From positions 1 through 60,536 of the IMG/VR virus record IMGVR_UViG_3300044648_000299: a stretch of 60,536 nt of DNA. One strand, 5' to 3'. Under the pieces are notes generated by a model. It did no database searches, was not told the DNA's origin, and saw only the letters and a program-made list of their open reading frames with translations. Positions 17,890 to 26,611 of this stretch are shown here, piece after piece. Positions within the stretch are counted from its first letter, which is position 1, and each line of letters starts with the position of its first letter. Source of the DNA: a virus (Duplodnaviria > Caudoviricetes). The translations under genes and the position numbers were made by a program.

Positions 17890-18129
17890 TCAGGCCGCGG
17901 TGGTCGTCTTGCGGCGCCGCATCTTCCGGCGCTCGTACTCGGAGGTGCCGCCCCAGATCCCGAAGCGCTCATCGCGCTCCAGGGCGGCAGCGAGGCAGGC
18001 GGTGCGCACTTCGCAGCTACGGCACACGGCCTTGGCGTGACCGTTGGGCTCGCCCTTCTCGGGGAAGAAGGCCTCGGTGCCGATCTCGCGGCAGCGAGCC
18101 TGCTCCTCCCAGTCCTGCCCGGTGCTCAT
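17890..18129 (-). CDS. whiB: WhiB-family transcription factor
   Basis: W...A.C...FFP...AK.VC..C.V...CL..AL...FGIWGG.SE.ER. Confidence 0.95.
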   Translation of the reverse strand: MSTGQDWEEQARCREIGTEAFFPEKGEPNGHAKAVCRSCEVRTACLAAALERDERFGIWGGTSEYERRKMRRRKTTTAA

Positions 18130-18857
18130 GCCGCGGTCCTCTGCTCCTGGACCGCGTCGCGGCGTGGCTGGTGGATCAGGCGCCACACGAGGGACTGCGC
18201 GGTGCGCCCGGAGATCCGCAGACGGCGTGACATCTCGGTGGGCGAGCTGGTTGCCTCGTAGATGCGACGGGCGGCCTCTTGGCGCTCGGCGCGCGTACCG
18301 AACCCGCTCGGCGCGACGCCAGCAGTCAAGCGCTGCACGACGACCTCGTCCACGACGTCTTCATCCGGCCCTGCGAGGTCTGGCAGCGCGTCTGGGTTGT
18401 CGATGTCTCGACCCCACCATGCGAGCGGCGGGGCATGGCCCGCGGTGCGGGCGCGACTCCTCGTGATGCCGGACGGGCCGGGTGTCATGCTCAGCTCGTC
18501 GTAGATCCGCAGCAGTCGTTGGGCCTTGTCGTACTGAACCCACTTCTGCCGCTTCACCTGGTTGATCGCCTGTGGAGTGGTTCCTGCCCGTCGGGCAATG
18601 TCCTCCAGTGGCCAGCCGATGGCTTGGAGGGCGCAGATGCGGCGCGCGATGCCGACGGCGGGGATGCGGCGGGACGGGAGACGACGGCCGCGGTAGCGCT
18701 TCTGGTAGAGACGGTTTTCTTCCACGGCGTCGGGACAGGTGCACCCGTAGCGGAAGGAGCTGTAGGTGCCATGCCGCTTCAGTCGCTGGTTCTTGCACGC
18801 TGAGCGATCAATTGAACGCCTACTGTCAGTGGGTGTCGCTACCATCTGGTTCTGCAT
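18126..18857 (-). CDS. HTH DNA-binding protein
   Basis: HGT...YGC.C; RR..ALQAIGW...IA; PPLAW; C-terminal HTH. Confidence 0.7.
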   Translation of the reverse strand: MQNQMVATPTDSRRSIDRSACKNQRLKRHGTYSSFRYGCTCPDAVEENRLYQKRYRGRRLPSRRIPAVGIARRICALQAIGWPLEDIARRAGTTPQAINQVKRQKWVQYDKAQRLLRIYDELSMTPGPSGITRSRARTAGHAPPLAWWGRDIDNPDALPDLAGPDEDVVDEVVVQRLTAGVAPSGFGTRAERQEAARRIYEATSSPTEMSRRLRISGRTAQSLVWRLIHQPRRDAVQEQRTAA

Positions 18858-18879
18858 GGCTGACCTCGCAGGGACTCAG

Positions 18880-18912
18880 GGGCCGCGCTCACGGGCAAGG
18901 TGAGCGCGGCCC
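18880..18912. terminator. Intergenic hairpin
   Basis: GGGCCGCGCTCAC-7 nt-GTGAGCGCGGCCC. Confidence 0.55.
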
Positions 18913-18919
18913 GACTCGT

Positions 18920-19612
18920 TCAGGCAGCAACGGCCTCGGGCCTGGCGGGTTCAGTGGTGTCGTGGGGCGGAGCGAAGAACGGCACGGAGGCGGCCGACTC
19001 GTTCACCGGCATCAGCAGAGCGCGGTAGCGCTCGCCGACCTGAACGAAGTTCGCCTTCTTCACGCGAACCGTGGTGAACGTGAAGCGCTCGCCACGCCGC
19101 TTGGCAACCGCCAGAGGAACGGAGAGCCACCGAGGGTCGAACGTCACTGCGTCGCCGGTGGCGGCGTCCTCGTCAGGCGCGAACAGCTTCGCCATCTTCG
19201 GGAAGCTGTCGTGCTGGTCCCCAACTGGCACGGTGATCGACACGGCGGGCAGGACGATGTCACCGGGCTGGCGCACGACCAGCTTGTCGTCCGCGATGCT
19301 GAGCTCAGTCAGCAGATTGTTCGCCCGCGTGTAGGGCTTCAGGATCGCCACGATCTGCTTGACGCGGGACAGGTCCAGCCATAGTGGCGCAAGGTCGCCG
19401 CCAGCGTTGATGAACGCTTGCGCAGCGAGAAACCGGTTCGTGCTGGTACCCACGAGCACCTTGGTGCCGTCGTGGTCAGCCAGGTGCAACAACACGCCGT
19501 TGATCATCGGAAGGGCGCTGTCGTCGCTCGCCGACCGCATCAGGTCCACGAGCAGGCCGTGAAACTCAGCGGGATCAACGGTCAGGGACGCGGCGGTCTT
19601 GGTCGTGGTCAC
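18920..19612 (-). CDS. DNA polymerase III beta-clamp-like protein (truncated DnaN family)
   Basis: AS.D..LP.INGVLL; STNRF.A; FP; F.PR.L; ALLMPV. Confidence 0.7.
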   Translation of the reverse strand: MTTTKTAASLTVDPAEFHGLLVDLMRSASDDSALPMINGVLLHLADHDGTKVLVGTSTNRFLAAQAFINAGGDLAPLWLDLSRVKQIVAILKPYTRANNLLTELSIADDKLVVRQPGDIVLPAVSITVPVGDQHDSFPKMAKLFAPDEDAATGDAVTFDPRWLSVPLAVAKRRGERFTFTTVRVKKANFVQVGERYRALLMPVNESAASVPFFAPPHDTTEPARPEAVAA

Positions 19613-19854
19613 GCGGACACCAGCTCTCGGTAGAGGTTGTTGCAGTCGTCGCAGTTGCACAGCGGAATCTGGCTCCACCTGGTGCCCGGCTCGCTGACCG
19701 TGGACACGGGGGCGCCCATGTCGTCCCAGGTGGGCATGACCTCGGACTCACCGGGGACGGCGCCGGTCCTGCACGGGCAGTGCAGGCACGTCGCGCCGTC
19801 GTGGAACATCGCCAGGTGAGTGCAGGTGGTACAGCGGTGGATGATGATCGACAT
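19609..19854 (-). CDS. Cys-rich small protein, paralog of 15076-15336
   Basis: MSIIIHRC..C.H...CPC...PTWD...ELVS. Confidence 0.7.
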   Translation of the reverse strand: MSIIIHRCTTCTHLAMFHDGATCLHCPCRTGAVPGESEVMPTWDDMGAPVSTVSEPGTRWSQIPLCNCDDCNNLYRELVSA

Positions 19855-19997
19855 CAGTTCTGTCCTTCCTGGGCGGCTTCTTGGCGGCGGTACTCGTCGG
19901 TGAGGGCTTCGGTTGCGAGTCGGGTCGCGGCGGCGATGTCATCGATCTCGGCTTCGAGCTCACCGGACAGCGCTTCGAGGAGTTCGTCGTCGGTCAT
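19854..19997 (-). CDS. Small acidic protein (47 aa, not in track)
   Basis: MTDDELLEAL...; coupled both sides. Confidence 0.55.
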   Translation of the reverse strand: MTDDELLEALSGELEAEIDDIAAATRLATEALTDEYRRQEAAQEGQN

Positions 19998-20338
19998 GCC
20001 GCACGCTCGGCGACGGAGGCGGCGATCCACCACGAGTTCTTCGACCCGTGCCGCGCCTGGTGTCCGCTGGCGACCAGGCCGCGGTGGTCGCAGCGGACGA
20101 TGAGGCCGGTGCGGGCGCGACTCCCGATGACGGAAGCGACCCGGAGGCGCGTGTAGAGCGGGCCGTCCTTCAGGGCGTCGTGGACGGTGTCGGCGGTGAA
20201 CTCGGTGCCGCTGTCGATGAGGGCGTCGACGACGGCCTTGATGCGCTCGGACTCGCCCAGCACAGTGTTGCCGGCGGCGAGGTTCGCTTCGATGCCTTCT
20301 TCACGAAGGCGGAATCCTTCAGTCGCTCCGTTGCTCAT
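19994..20338 (-). CDS. Hypothetical (possible wHTH) protein
   Basis: EFTADTV...G.I...W pattern. Confidence 0.6.
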   Translation of the reverse strand: MSNGATEGFRLREEGIEANLAAGNTVLGESERIKAVVDALIDSGTEFTADTVHDALKDGPLYTRLRVASVIGSRARTGLIVRCDHRGLVASGHQARHGSKNSWWIAASVAERAA

Positions 20339-20350
20339 GACGCTCTCCGA

Positions 20351-20818
20351 TCAGGCGGCGGCGTTCTGGTTGGGGTGTGGCTCGACCTCGACCCACGACG
20401 TGCCCGGCATCGACCACAGGTCGCCGAACCGCAGAACCGGCCAGCTCTCGGGGGCGATACCGGACGGCACCAGCCAGCCTTCTGCGGTAGCACGGCGCCG
20501 GGCCTGGTGCTCCATCCAGTCGTGGCACGAGTCCGGGGTCGTGGCTGATCCGCAGACCGTCACGAGGTTGGCGAGGGTGTTGGTGCCCTGTCGGCCACGA
20601 GGGAGGCGATGCTGGAGGGAGTACGGGAAGTTGCTGATGTCCCGCCCGCAGCGCTGGCAGGCGTAGTCGTCACGCTGGAGCACGGCGTCCCGCATCGACG
20701 GCGTCGGGCCGGTGTAGCGCGTGACGGTCTTCCTCGGGTTGGTCCGCTTGACCGGGGTCCGCGAGAACTGCGAGCACGACCGCATCGGCGTCTTCCGCGT
20801 GATCTGGGTGCGCTTCAT
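20351..20818 (-). CDS. HNH endonuclease
   Basis: RD...CQRCG...HR..R...NL..VCG...CH..E. Confidence 0.85.
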   Translation of the reverse strand: MKRTQITRKTPMRSCSQFSRTPVKRTNPRKTVTRYTGPTPSMRDAVLQRDDYACQRCGRDISNFPYSLQHRLPRGRQGTNTLANLVTVCGSATTPDSCHDWMEHQARRRATAEGWLVPSGIAPESWPVLRFGDLWSMPGTSWVEVEPHPNQNAAA

Positions 20819-21159
20819 CCCTGGCTCCCGTACATCGCCCGCACGGATGCGCCGATGGACTGGAGTGCCCGCAGCTCCTCGGACAGCGCGCGGGCGGTGC
20901 GGTCGGCATGACGGAACGCCATCTCGGCCACGTCCCGCGTCTTGCGCTGCTCCTCGGTGGCGATGGTCGCGGCGTACTTCTTCTCGTGCGCCGGTCCCTG
21001 GTGATCGAGGTACGCGTGGGCGAACGCCACGTCGAACAGCCGATCGGCGTCGCGGAACGCGGCCTCGGCGTGCGTGACGACGGTGACGCCGCGGTGGATG
21101 CGGTTCGCGCAATCTCGGATCGACGTCTCGACGTCTACCGGGTTGAGGACTTCGCTCAT
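20815..21159 (-). CDS. Hypothetical helical protein
   Basis: ATGA coupled. Confidence 0.65.
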   Translation of the reverse strand: MSEVLNPVDVETSIRDCANRIHRGVTVVTHAEAAFRDADRLFDVAFAHAYLDHQGPAHEKKYAATIATEEQRKTRDVAEMAFRHADRTARALSEELRALQSIGASVRAMYGSQG

Positions 21160-21875
21160 GCCGCCACCTGCGGCTTCCGGCGAAGGTGGTCCAGGAACTC
21201 GCTGAGCGGCGCGACACCTGCGGTGCGCAGATCCAACTGCTGTCCGCCACTCCACCTGGAGAACTCAGCGGCCGCCTGGGTCGCGTTCCATCCGTGCGCC
21301 TTGCCGACAGCCGTGATCTGACCGCGCAACTCGGTGCGCTGCTCCTCCTCGGTCTGCGGCTCCAGCTCCACGGGGGGTTCGACGAGGTCGGCGTCATCGA
21401 ACTCGGGCAGTGTCGCGTCCGTCATCCACTGCTCCAGCGCGACACCGAACCGCATTGCAGTGGTTTTGATCGCGTCGCTGATGGCTTCCTTGATGGCGTC
21501 GCCACCGGTCTTGCCGTCGGCATGACCGTAGCCCGTGCGGGTCTTCCCGCCGATGGTGAGCGTGATCCACAAGCCGCCGTTCTCATCGAGCATCGGCAGG
21601 TTCGTCGCGGGGTTGATCGCGAGCGGCTCCCAGTCCCACTCGGGGTCCAGGTCCAGCAGTCGTGCGGTGACTCGCGCATGGCCGACGAAGTCGACGTGTA
21701 CGTGCTCGGTGGTCATGGTCCGACCGCACGTGGAGCAGTGCTTCCGGGTGTGAACGTTGCACACGCGAGCGTGAACACGCTGGCAGGACCGGCAGGTGAT
21801 CTGCGGTTTCGAGCCGATATCTTCCGGCGCGAACGGCTCCCGCAGAAGTTGAAGAACCTCAGGATTCACGGTCAT
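21156..21875 (-). CDS. Rad52/Sak-family ssDNA annealing protein
   Basis: LREPF; FVGHA.V..RL...DP.W.W; T..GYG; K.AISDAIK..AMRFGV. Confidence 0.85.
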   Translation of the reverse strand: MTVNPEVLQLLREPFAPEDIGSKPQITCRSCQRVHARVCNVHTRKHCSTCGRTMTTEHVHVDFVGHARVTARLLDLDPEWDWEPLAINPATNLPMLDENGGLWITLTIGGKTRTGYGHADGKTGGDAIKEAISDAIKTTAMRFGVALEQWMTDATLPEFDDADLVEPPVELEPQTEEEQRTELRGQITAVGKAHGWNATQAAAEFSRWSGGQQLDLRTAGVAPLSEFLDHLRRKPQVAA

Positions 21876-22446
21876 CAGCTCCGCCTTCCAGAGCCGGGGT
21901 GAGGATTGCTTGCAGGTCCACGGCGCCGGAACGGATGAGACCGATGACGGCGGGCAGAGCGGTTTCCCGGTTGGGCTTGCAGGCCACGACCGCCGGCGGC
22001 TGTTCGACTACGAATCCGGGGATGTCAGCCTCTCCTCCTGGACCGACTGGCGCTCCTGCGGCGACCGAGTCGGCGCGGAGCTGTTCGACCACTTCGGGGT
22101 GAACCCGGCGCACTCGCTTCAGGAGGTGCCCGGCGTGCTGTATCAGCACATCGACCACCTCGTCGTCGGTTCCGCTGACGACGTAGGTCACGTCGATGTG
22201 CTCGGGATAGTGCTCCGCCATCCACGCGTAGAACGCGCCCTCGTCGGTCACCGTGGCGACCTTCTTCGGGTCCGTCATCCAGACCGGGCCGATCTTCATG
22301 TCACTGTCGTGCGGACTCCGCACCTGCTTGCGGTCTCCGCGGCCCATGTCCGAGCTGAGCCTCGCGCGGGCCTGGTCGTAGGCGTCCAACGCGTAGTCGC
22401 TGATCACTTTGAGGACCGCGACCTGTAGTGCGAGATCGTTGCTCAC
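21859..22446 (-). CDS. Hypothetical phage protein
   Basis: GTGA coupled, typical composition. Confidence 0.65.
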   Translation of the reverse strand: MSNDLALQVAVLKVISDYALDAYDQARARLSSDMGRGDRKQVRSPHDSDMKIGPVWMTDPKKVATVTDEGAFYAWMAEHYPEHIDVTYVVSGTDDEVVDVLIQHAGHLLKRVRRVHPEVVEQLRADSVAAGAPVGPGGEADIPGFVVEQPPAVVACKPNRETALPAVIGLIRSGAVDLQAILTPALEGGADDRES

Positions 22447-22805
22447 GATGCCCTCCGGTACTCGCGGTAGGCGGTCAGGAAGTCGGCGTCGGCAAGGACA
22501 CCGAGGACGTGGTCGGCATCCCGATCGGGCGCGATCTCGACTCGGATCTCCTGCACGAACAGTTCCGACGCCCTGGACTTCGCCGTGTCCACCACGTACA
22601 GGGCGCACGCGTAGCAGCAGTGCGCGATGTCGGGCGACGTCGACTCGGTGGGGTTAGCGGCGCCGAACACGCGAACTGCGGTGAACGCGCCCTCGATCGA
22701 GCAGTACGTGCAGTCCTCGCGGGGGATGTCGGGGACGATGTCGATGTCCACGCCCAGCACCTGCGCCATGAATCCGAGGGCCAACGGCCGAGAGTTACTG
22801 GTCAT
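22443..22805 (-). CDS. Hypothetical Cys-containing protein
   Basis: ATGA coupled. Confidence 0.6.
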   Translation of the reverse strand: MTSNSRPLALGFMAQVLGVDIDIVPDIPREDCTYCSIEGAFTAVRVFGAANPTESTSPDIAHCCYACALYVVDTAKSRASELFVQEIRVEIAPDRDADHVLGVLADADFLTAYREYRRAS

Positions 22806-23263
22806 GCCGACTCCGCATGCCGGATGGGCTCGTCGCGGCCGGAGAGGAACTCCAGCATCGTCCGCCCGTACACCAGGGGGCGGTTGTTGGCGCGTTCGTC
22901 GACGCGCAGCACGCCGGTCGTCAGGAACCGGTGGGCCAGGTCGGGTGACACTCCGAGGAGTTGTGCGACCTGCGCGCGGTAGTACGGCTGGTCCGGGTCG
23001 AGCAGTTCCGGGTCGCGGTGGTCGTTGATGCCGTCCAGCGGGCCGCCGTGGATGTCGATGAGGGTTCCGCCGGCGATGATGTATCCGCGGGCACGTCCTC
23101 CGGTGCGGGCGGGAATGAGGCCGTCGTTGATCAACCGTCGGAAGTGCCGGTCTGCGACCTGCAGGGCCGCTGCTGCGGCGCGGGCGCTGTAGGCGACCTG
23201 GGGGGCGGGTTCGTTGCTCCGCAGGAGGCGTCGCACGAGCGCCGGCTGGAACTCGCCGCTCAT
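22802..23263 (-). CDS. Excisionase-like protein with two HTH_17-type domains
   Basis: YS...AAAALQV.....RRLI..G.IPA and YY...VAQLLGVS......G.L. Confidence 0.65.
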   Translation of the reverse strand: MSGEFQPALVRRLLRSNEPAPQVAYSARAAAAALQVADRHFRRLINDGLIPARTGGRARGYIIAGGTLIDIHGGPLDGINDHRDPELLDPDQPYYRAQVAQLLGVSPDLAHRFLTTGVLRVDERANNRPLVYGRTMLEFLSGRDEPIRHAESA

Positions 23264-23568
23264 GCGACCACCTGCTGCGGAACATCCCCGCTCCTCTGCG
23301 CGATCAGCGTTGTGACCTGCGCTTCGAGGCTGCGAACCCTCGGGGCCAGCGTTGAGACGGTGGTAGCCGAGGTCAACTTGTGGAGGGCTTCGGTGACGGC
23401 GCGGGCAGATCTGGTGCGTGCACGGCCGGTGAGGTCGGATCGGTATTCCAGGTTCTGCACGGTGGCTCGGGACACGTTGGCCGCGGCTGCGAGGGCCTGC
23501 TGGCTGATGCCAGCGCCCTCACGTGCGGCGCGGAGTCGTGCCCCGTAGAGGAGAGGCTGTGGCGTCAT
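23260..23568 (-). CDS. Cro-like XRE HTH regulator (probably leaderless)
   Basis: G.RLRAARE.AGISQQALA....VSRATVQNLE; ATG 7 nt after -10. Confidence 0.85.
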   Translation of the reverse strand: MTPQPLLYGARLRAAREGAGISQQALAAAANVSRATVQNLEYRSDLTGRARTRSARAVTEALHKLTSATTVSTLAPRVRSLEAQVTTLIAQRSGDVPQQVVA

Positions 23569-23571
23569 GCT

Positions 23572-23607
23572 GCCTAACATACGCCTAATGACTGCCTAAA
23601 AACAAGC
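23572..23607 (-). promoter_or_regulatory. Early lytic promoter/operator copy 1
   Basis: TTGTTT-18-TATGTT; three GCCTAA at 11-bp spacing; lies in the repressor/cro divergence. Confidence 0.8.
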
Positions 23608-23711
23608 AGTATGACGCAGGGTGGTGAATCAGGTACTCCGGGTGCAGGAAGCTGCAGCGTTACCGCAAGTCGTCATTGGCAGGTCACGATCCGATGCGGA
23701 ACGATGCGCCC

Positions 23712-24269
23712 ATGAAGCATGGGGAGCGCGACCCCGCAACCGGAGCCCGGCACCTCGCCGAACTCCTGCAGCGAGCACTGAAACACGAGACCGAACTCCA
23801 CGGTTCGGAGCCGTCCGAACGGGTTCTGGCACAGAAGGCCGGGATCTCGCCGGAGACCGTGTCGAACCTCCTTCGAGGTCACCTGCGAGGCAAGCCGGAC
23901 CACCCGTGGCGGCCGAAGCCCGGCGCGGTCCGCGCTATAGCGGACGCCCTGTCGGTCAACCAGCGCGAGGCGTTGCTCGTGGTCGGCTACGACCCGGCCC
24001 TGTACTTACCTCCCCCGGCCGCGCAGTCCGAGGAGATGACGGACGCGCGCCTCACTCAGATGATCCGGGGTCTGTCGAGGGACGACAAGGTGTTGCTGTG
24101 GCACTTGGCCGGCCGCCTTCTTCGGGGCCCGGACACGGGCGACGCCCACCCCGTGTCTCATGAGGTGGGCGTCGAGTCGCACGGCGAGACCGTTTCCGGG
24201 GGGAACCAGTCACACGGGGAAGACGAGGCCGGTCCCGCCGGATCGGGCCCCCGAGAGCCGGTCGCCTAG
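23712..24269 (+). CDS. Immunity repressor (XRE HTH); start uncertain (23676-23712)
   Basis: SERVLAQKAGISPETVSNLLRG; divergent from the cro-like gene, upstream of integrase. Confidence 0.75.
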   Translation: MKHGERDPATGARHLAELLQRALKHETELHGSEPSERVLAQKAGISPETVSNLLRGHLRGKPDHPWRPKPGAVRAIADALSVNQREALLVVGYDPALYLPPPAAQSEEMTDARLTQMIRGLSRDDKVLLWHLAGRLLRGPDTGDAHPVSHEVGVESHGETVSGGNQSHGEDEAGPAGSGPREPVA

Positions 24270-24514
24270 TTGTTGTTCTGGCGACGGCGAGCGCGGGAGT
24301 CGTCCAGGGCGTCGCCCAGGAGCCCGCGCTCGTCGGAGCCGTTCAATCGCCCGTGCGGGTGCATCCGCACCAGCTCGGTGTAGGGCGTCCCGCCGTTGTC
24401 GTACAGCACCTCGGCGATCGTGATAGACCTGGTGACCAGCCCTCCAGGCCGGATGGACCCGCAGGTCTCCAGGTCTGATTCGATCGCTTCGGCGGATGTG
24501 GTGCGGTCGGACAT
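24266..24514 (-). CDS. Small hypothetical protein
   Basis: GGAGG RBS; convergent with repressor. Confidence 0.5.
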   Translation of the reverse strand: MSDRTTSAEAIESDLETCGSIRPGGLVTRSITIAEVLYDNGGTPYTELVRMHPHGRLNGSDERGLLGDALDDSRARRRQNNN

Positions 24515-24915
24515 CGTGCGCCTCCCCCATGTGACGGGTGTGAGACAAGCCACCCAATCAGACGTTCGGGCTATGTGCTATGCCGTCGGACGAAACAGTA
24601 GCCGGATCGCTCATGTGTACGAACGTCCACCCACATGCGACACGCACGGTGCGCCTGGATTAACCCGTACGGGCTAATGTGTTCACCGTAACCGCAGGTA
24701 ACTGTGGTTGTTGACGAGTCACGTAGATTCTTGTCGGGTGTCAAGATCAATGATCTGTGCGCACCACACTTACACCACAGTTACGATCACTAGCTCTTGT
24801 CCGCCCTGGCGATGCTGTGTCCGCACAAGGCAACTGCTCGTCGTTGTTCTGCTGGTCGGCGCTCGTTGAGTTGAGTGTCCTGCGACGAAGTGCCCGCACC
24901 TGCCATGTGCGCTTG

Positions 24916-24955
24916 TAATCCGTCAGGTCGTGGGTTCGAGCCCCACCCGCCCCAC
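24916..24955 (+). mobile_element. attP core: 3' half of a tRNA (acceptor CCGCCCC, probably tRNA-Ile2/Met CAU type)
   Basis: TAATCCGT...GTGGG-TTCGAGC-CCCAC T-arm and acceptor strand; no 5' half; about 100 bp upstream of integrase. Confidence 0.85.
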
Positions 24956-25052
24956 AGAACACGCAGGTAGAACCCTATGAAGGTCGTGTGCGGACCGGCC
25001 TACACTGGCCTCACACTACGAAAACCACACGCTTACTCCGCAGGGGGCTCAC

Positions 25053-26288
25053 ATGGCGCGACCAGCCCACCCGATCGGCACCCACGGGGTCATCAACGTC
25101 CGTGCCGTCATCGACGGCGTGCCGCGCTCCCTGGCCGATGTCCCCGAAGGCGTCACCCCCACCCGCTACCGCGCATCCACCCGCTACCGCGATGCCGACG
25201 GCAAGACCCGTCCCGTCACCCGCGACGCCGCCACTCCCACCAAGGCCAAGGCCGCACTGCGCCAGGCGTGCCTCCAGCGCGGCCGGTCCCACGCCACCTA
25301 TCTGGCTGGCAATGTGCGCTTCGCCGAGATGAGCGAGCGTTACCTGGCCAAGGTCAAGGCCAAGCGGGCGGCGACCACCTACGACGTCTACGAGTCCTAC
25401 CTGCGCACCATCGTCGTGCCGGCACTCGGCAACCTGCTGCTCCACGAGGTCGACGTCGCCTGCTGTCAGGACTTCATGGACGCTCTCGAACGCCGCAAGA
25501 TGCCGGCCAACACGCGCCGTACCGTGCGCACCGTCCTGCGGGGCGTGCTCCAGCTCGCCGTGCGCGAGAAGGTGTTCGTCCACAACCCGGCCCGCGAGCT
25601 GGAGGTCATCGAAGGCGACACCGAACCGCCGGTCGCATTCACCGCAGTGGAACTCCGAGATTTTCTCGCCAAGCTGGCAGAGGACGAGGTGGCGCAGCGC
25701 ACCAACCTTGGGGACATCGTGCGCACGCTGTTCGCCACCGGCTGCCGGATCGGCGAGGTGCTGGCCCTACGTTGGTGCGACATCAACTTGACCGACGAGC
25801 CTGTGTGGGGCGAGGCAGCGAAGTGGGGGCGCCGCGAGATCCCACCTCACACGTTGTGGGTCAACGGCACCATCGTGCCGGTCAAGGGGGTTGGCGTGCG
25901 GCGCCATCCGGGCAAGACGAAGACCGCGAACCGGATGATCGGCGTGGTGGGCATGCTGGACGTGCAACTGTCGGTGCGGCGCCCGCCAGGGGCGAGCGAC
26001 CTGGAACCGGTGTTCCTGTCGGGCACAGGCGGCTGGATGCATCCGACGACGGTGCAGAAGTCGGTTCGGCGCCTGCGCGACCGCTTGGGCTACCCGGACT
26101 TCACAACGCACTGGGGCCGCAAGACGGTGGCGACGTTCCTGAACACCATGAAGCTGACGGCGCTGGAGGTCGCGGACCTGCTAGGGCACGCCGATCCCAG
26201 CATGACGCAGCGGGTGTACATGGGGCGCGGGCACGTAAGCCCAGACGTGAAGGCCGCACTCGACCGGCTGCACCAGCAGAGCGGCTGA
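25053..26288 (+). CDS. int: Tyrosine integrase
   Basis: ATGCRIGE (R), KTK (K), HWGR (HxxR), LGH, TQRVY. Confidence 0.95.
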   Translation: MARPAHPIGTHGVINVRAVIDGVPRSLADVPEGVTPTRYRASTRYRDADGKTRPVTRDAATPTKAKAALRQACLQRGRSHATYLAGNVRFAEMSERYLAKVKAKRAATTYDVYESYLRTIVVPALGNLLLHEVDVACCQDFMDALERRKMPANTRRTVRTVLRGVLQLAVREKVFVHNPARELEVIEGDTEPPVAFTAVELRDFLAKLAEDEVAQRTNLGDIVRTLFATGCRIGEVLALRWCDINLTDEPVWGEAAKWGRREIPPHTLWVNGTIVPVKGVGVRRHPGKTKTANRMIGVVGMLDVQLSVRRPPGASDLEPVFLSGTGGWMHPTTVQKSVRRLRDRLGYPDFTTHWGRKTVATFLNTMKLTALEVADLLGHADPSMTQRVYMGRGHVSPDVKAALDRLHQQSG

Positions 26289-26356
26289 CGTGGCGCGGGG
26301 CCGGGGGAGCTGTCAGCGAACATCCCCGATCCGGCCCCGCTGGTCCATGATGCCAG

Positions 26357-26391
26357 AGAGCCCCCGGCGCACACGTCGCGCCGGGGGCTCT
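26357..26391. terminator. Bidirectional terminator
   Basis: AGAGCCCCCGGCGC-7 nt-GCGCCGGGGGCTCT between convergent genes. Confidence 0.8.
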
Positions 26392-26404
26392 GCTGTGCCC
26401 GGTG

Positions 26405-26590
26405 TCAGCCGAGCTGGTTGTGCTTCACCGCGGTCAGGAACTCGGCCGTCGCGCCGGCCGGGAACCTGAGCTGCGGGCCCTGCGGGTTCTTCGAGTCACG
26501 CACCAGCAACACACCAGGCTGGCAGGCGAGCTCTACACAGTTGCCGCCCTCTGCCTGTGAGCGAGCGGCCGTCTTCCACACAAGGTCCAT
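26405..26590 (-). CDS. DUF397 protein
   Basis: W....S...GGNCVELA...VRDSKNP.GP.L.F. Confidence 0.9.
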   Translation of the reverse strand: MDLVWKTAARSQAEGGNCVELACQPGVLLVRDSKNPQGPQLRFPAGATAEFLTAVKHNQLG

Positions 26591-26611
26591 CACACACCCT
26601 TCTACGCGTCC

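Noticed and set aside
24880-24956. Intact tRNA gene
   Set aside because: Only the 3' half is present; no D-arm or matching 5' acceptor strand
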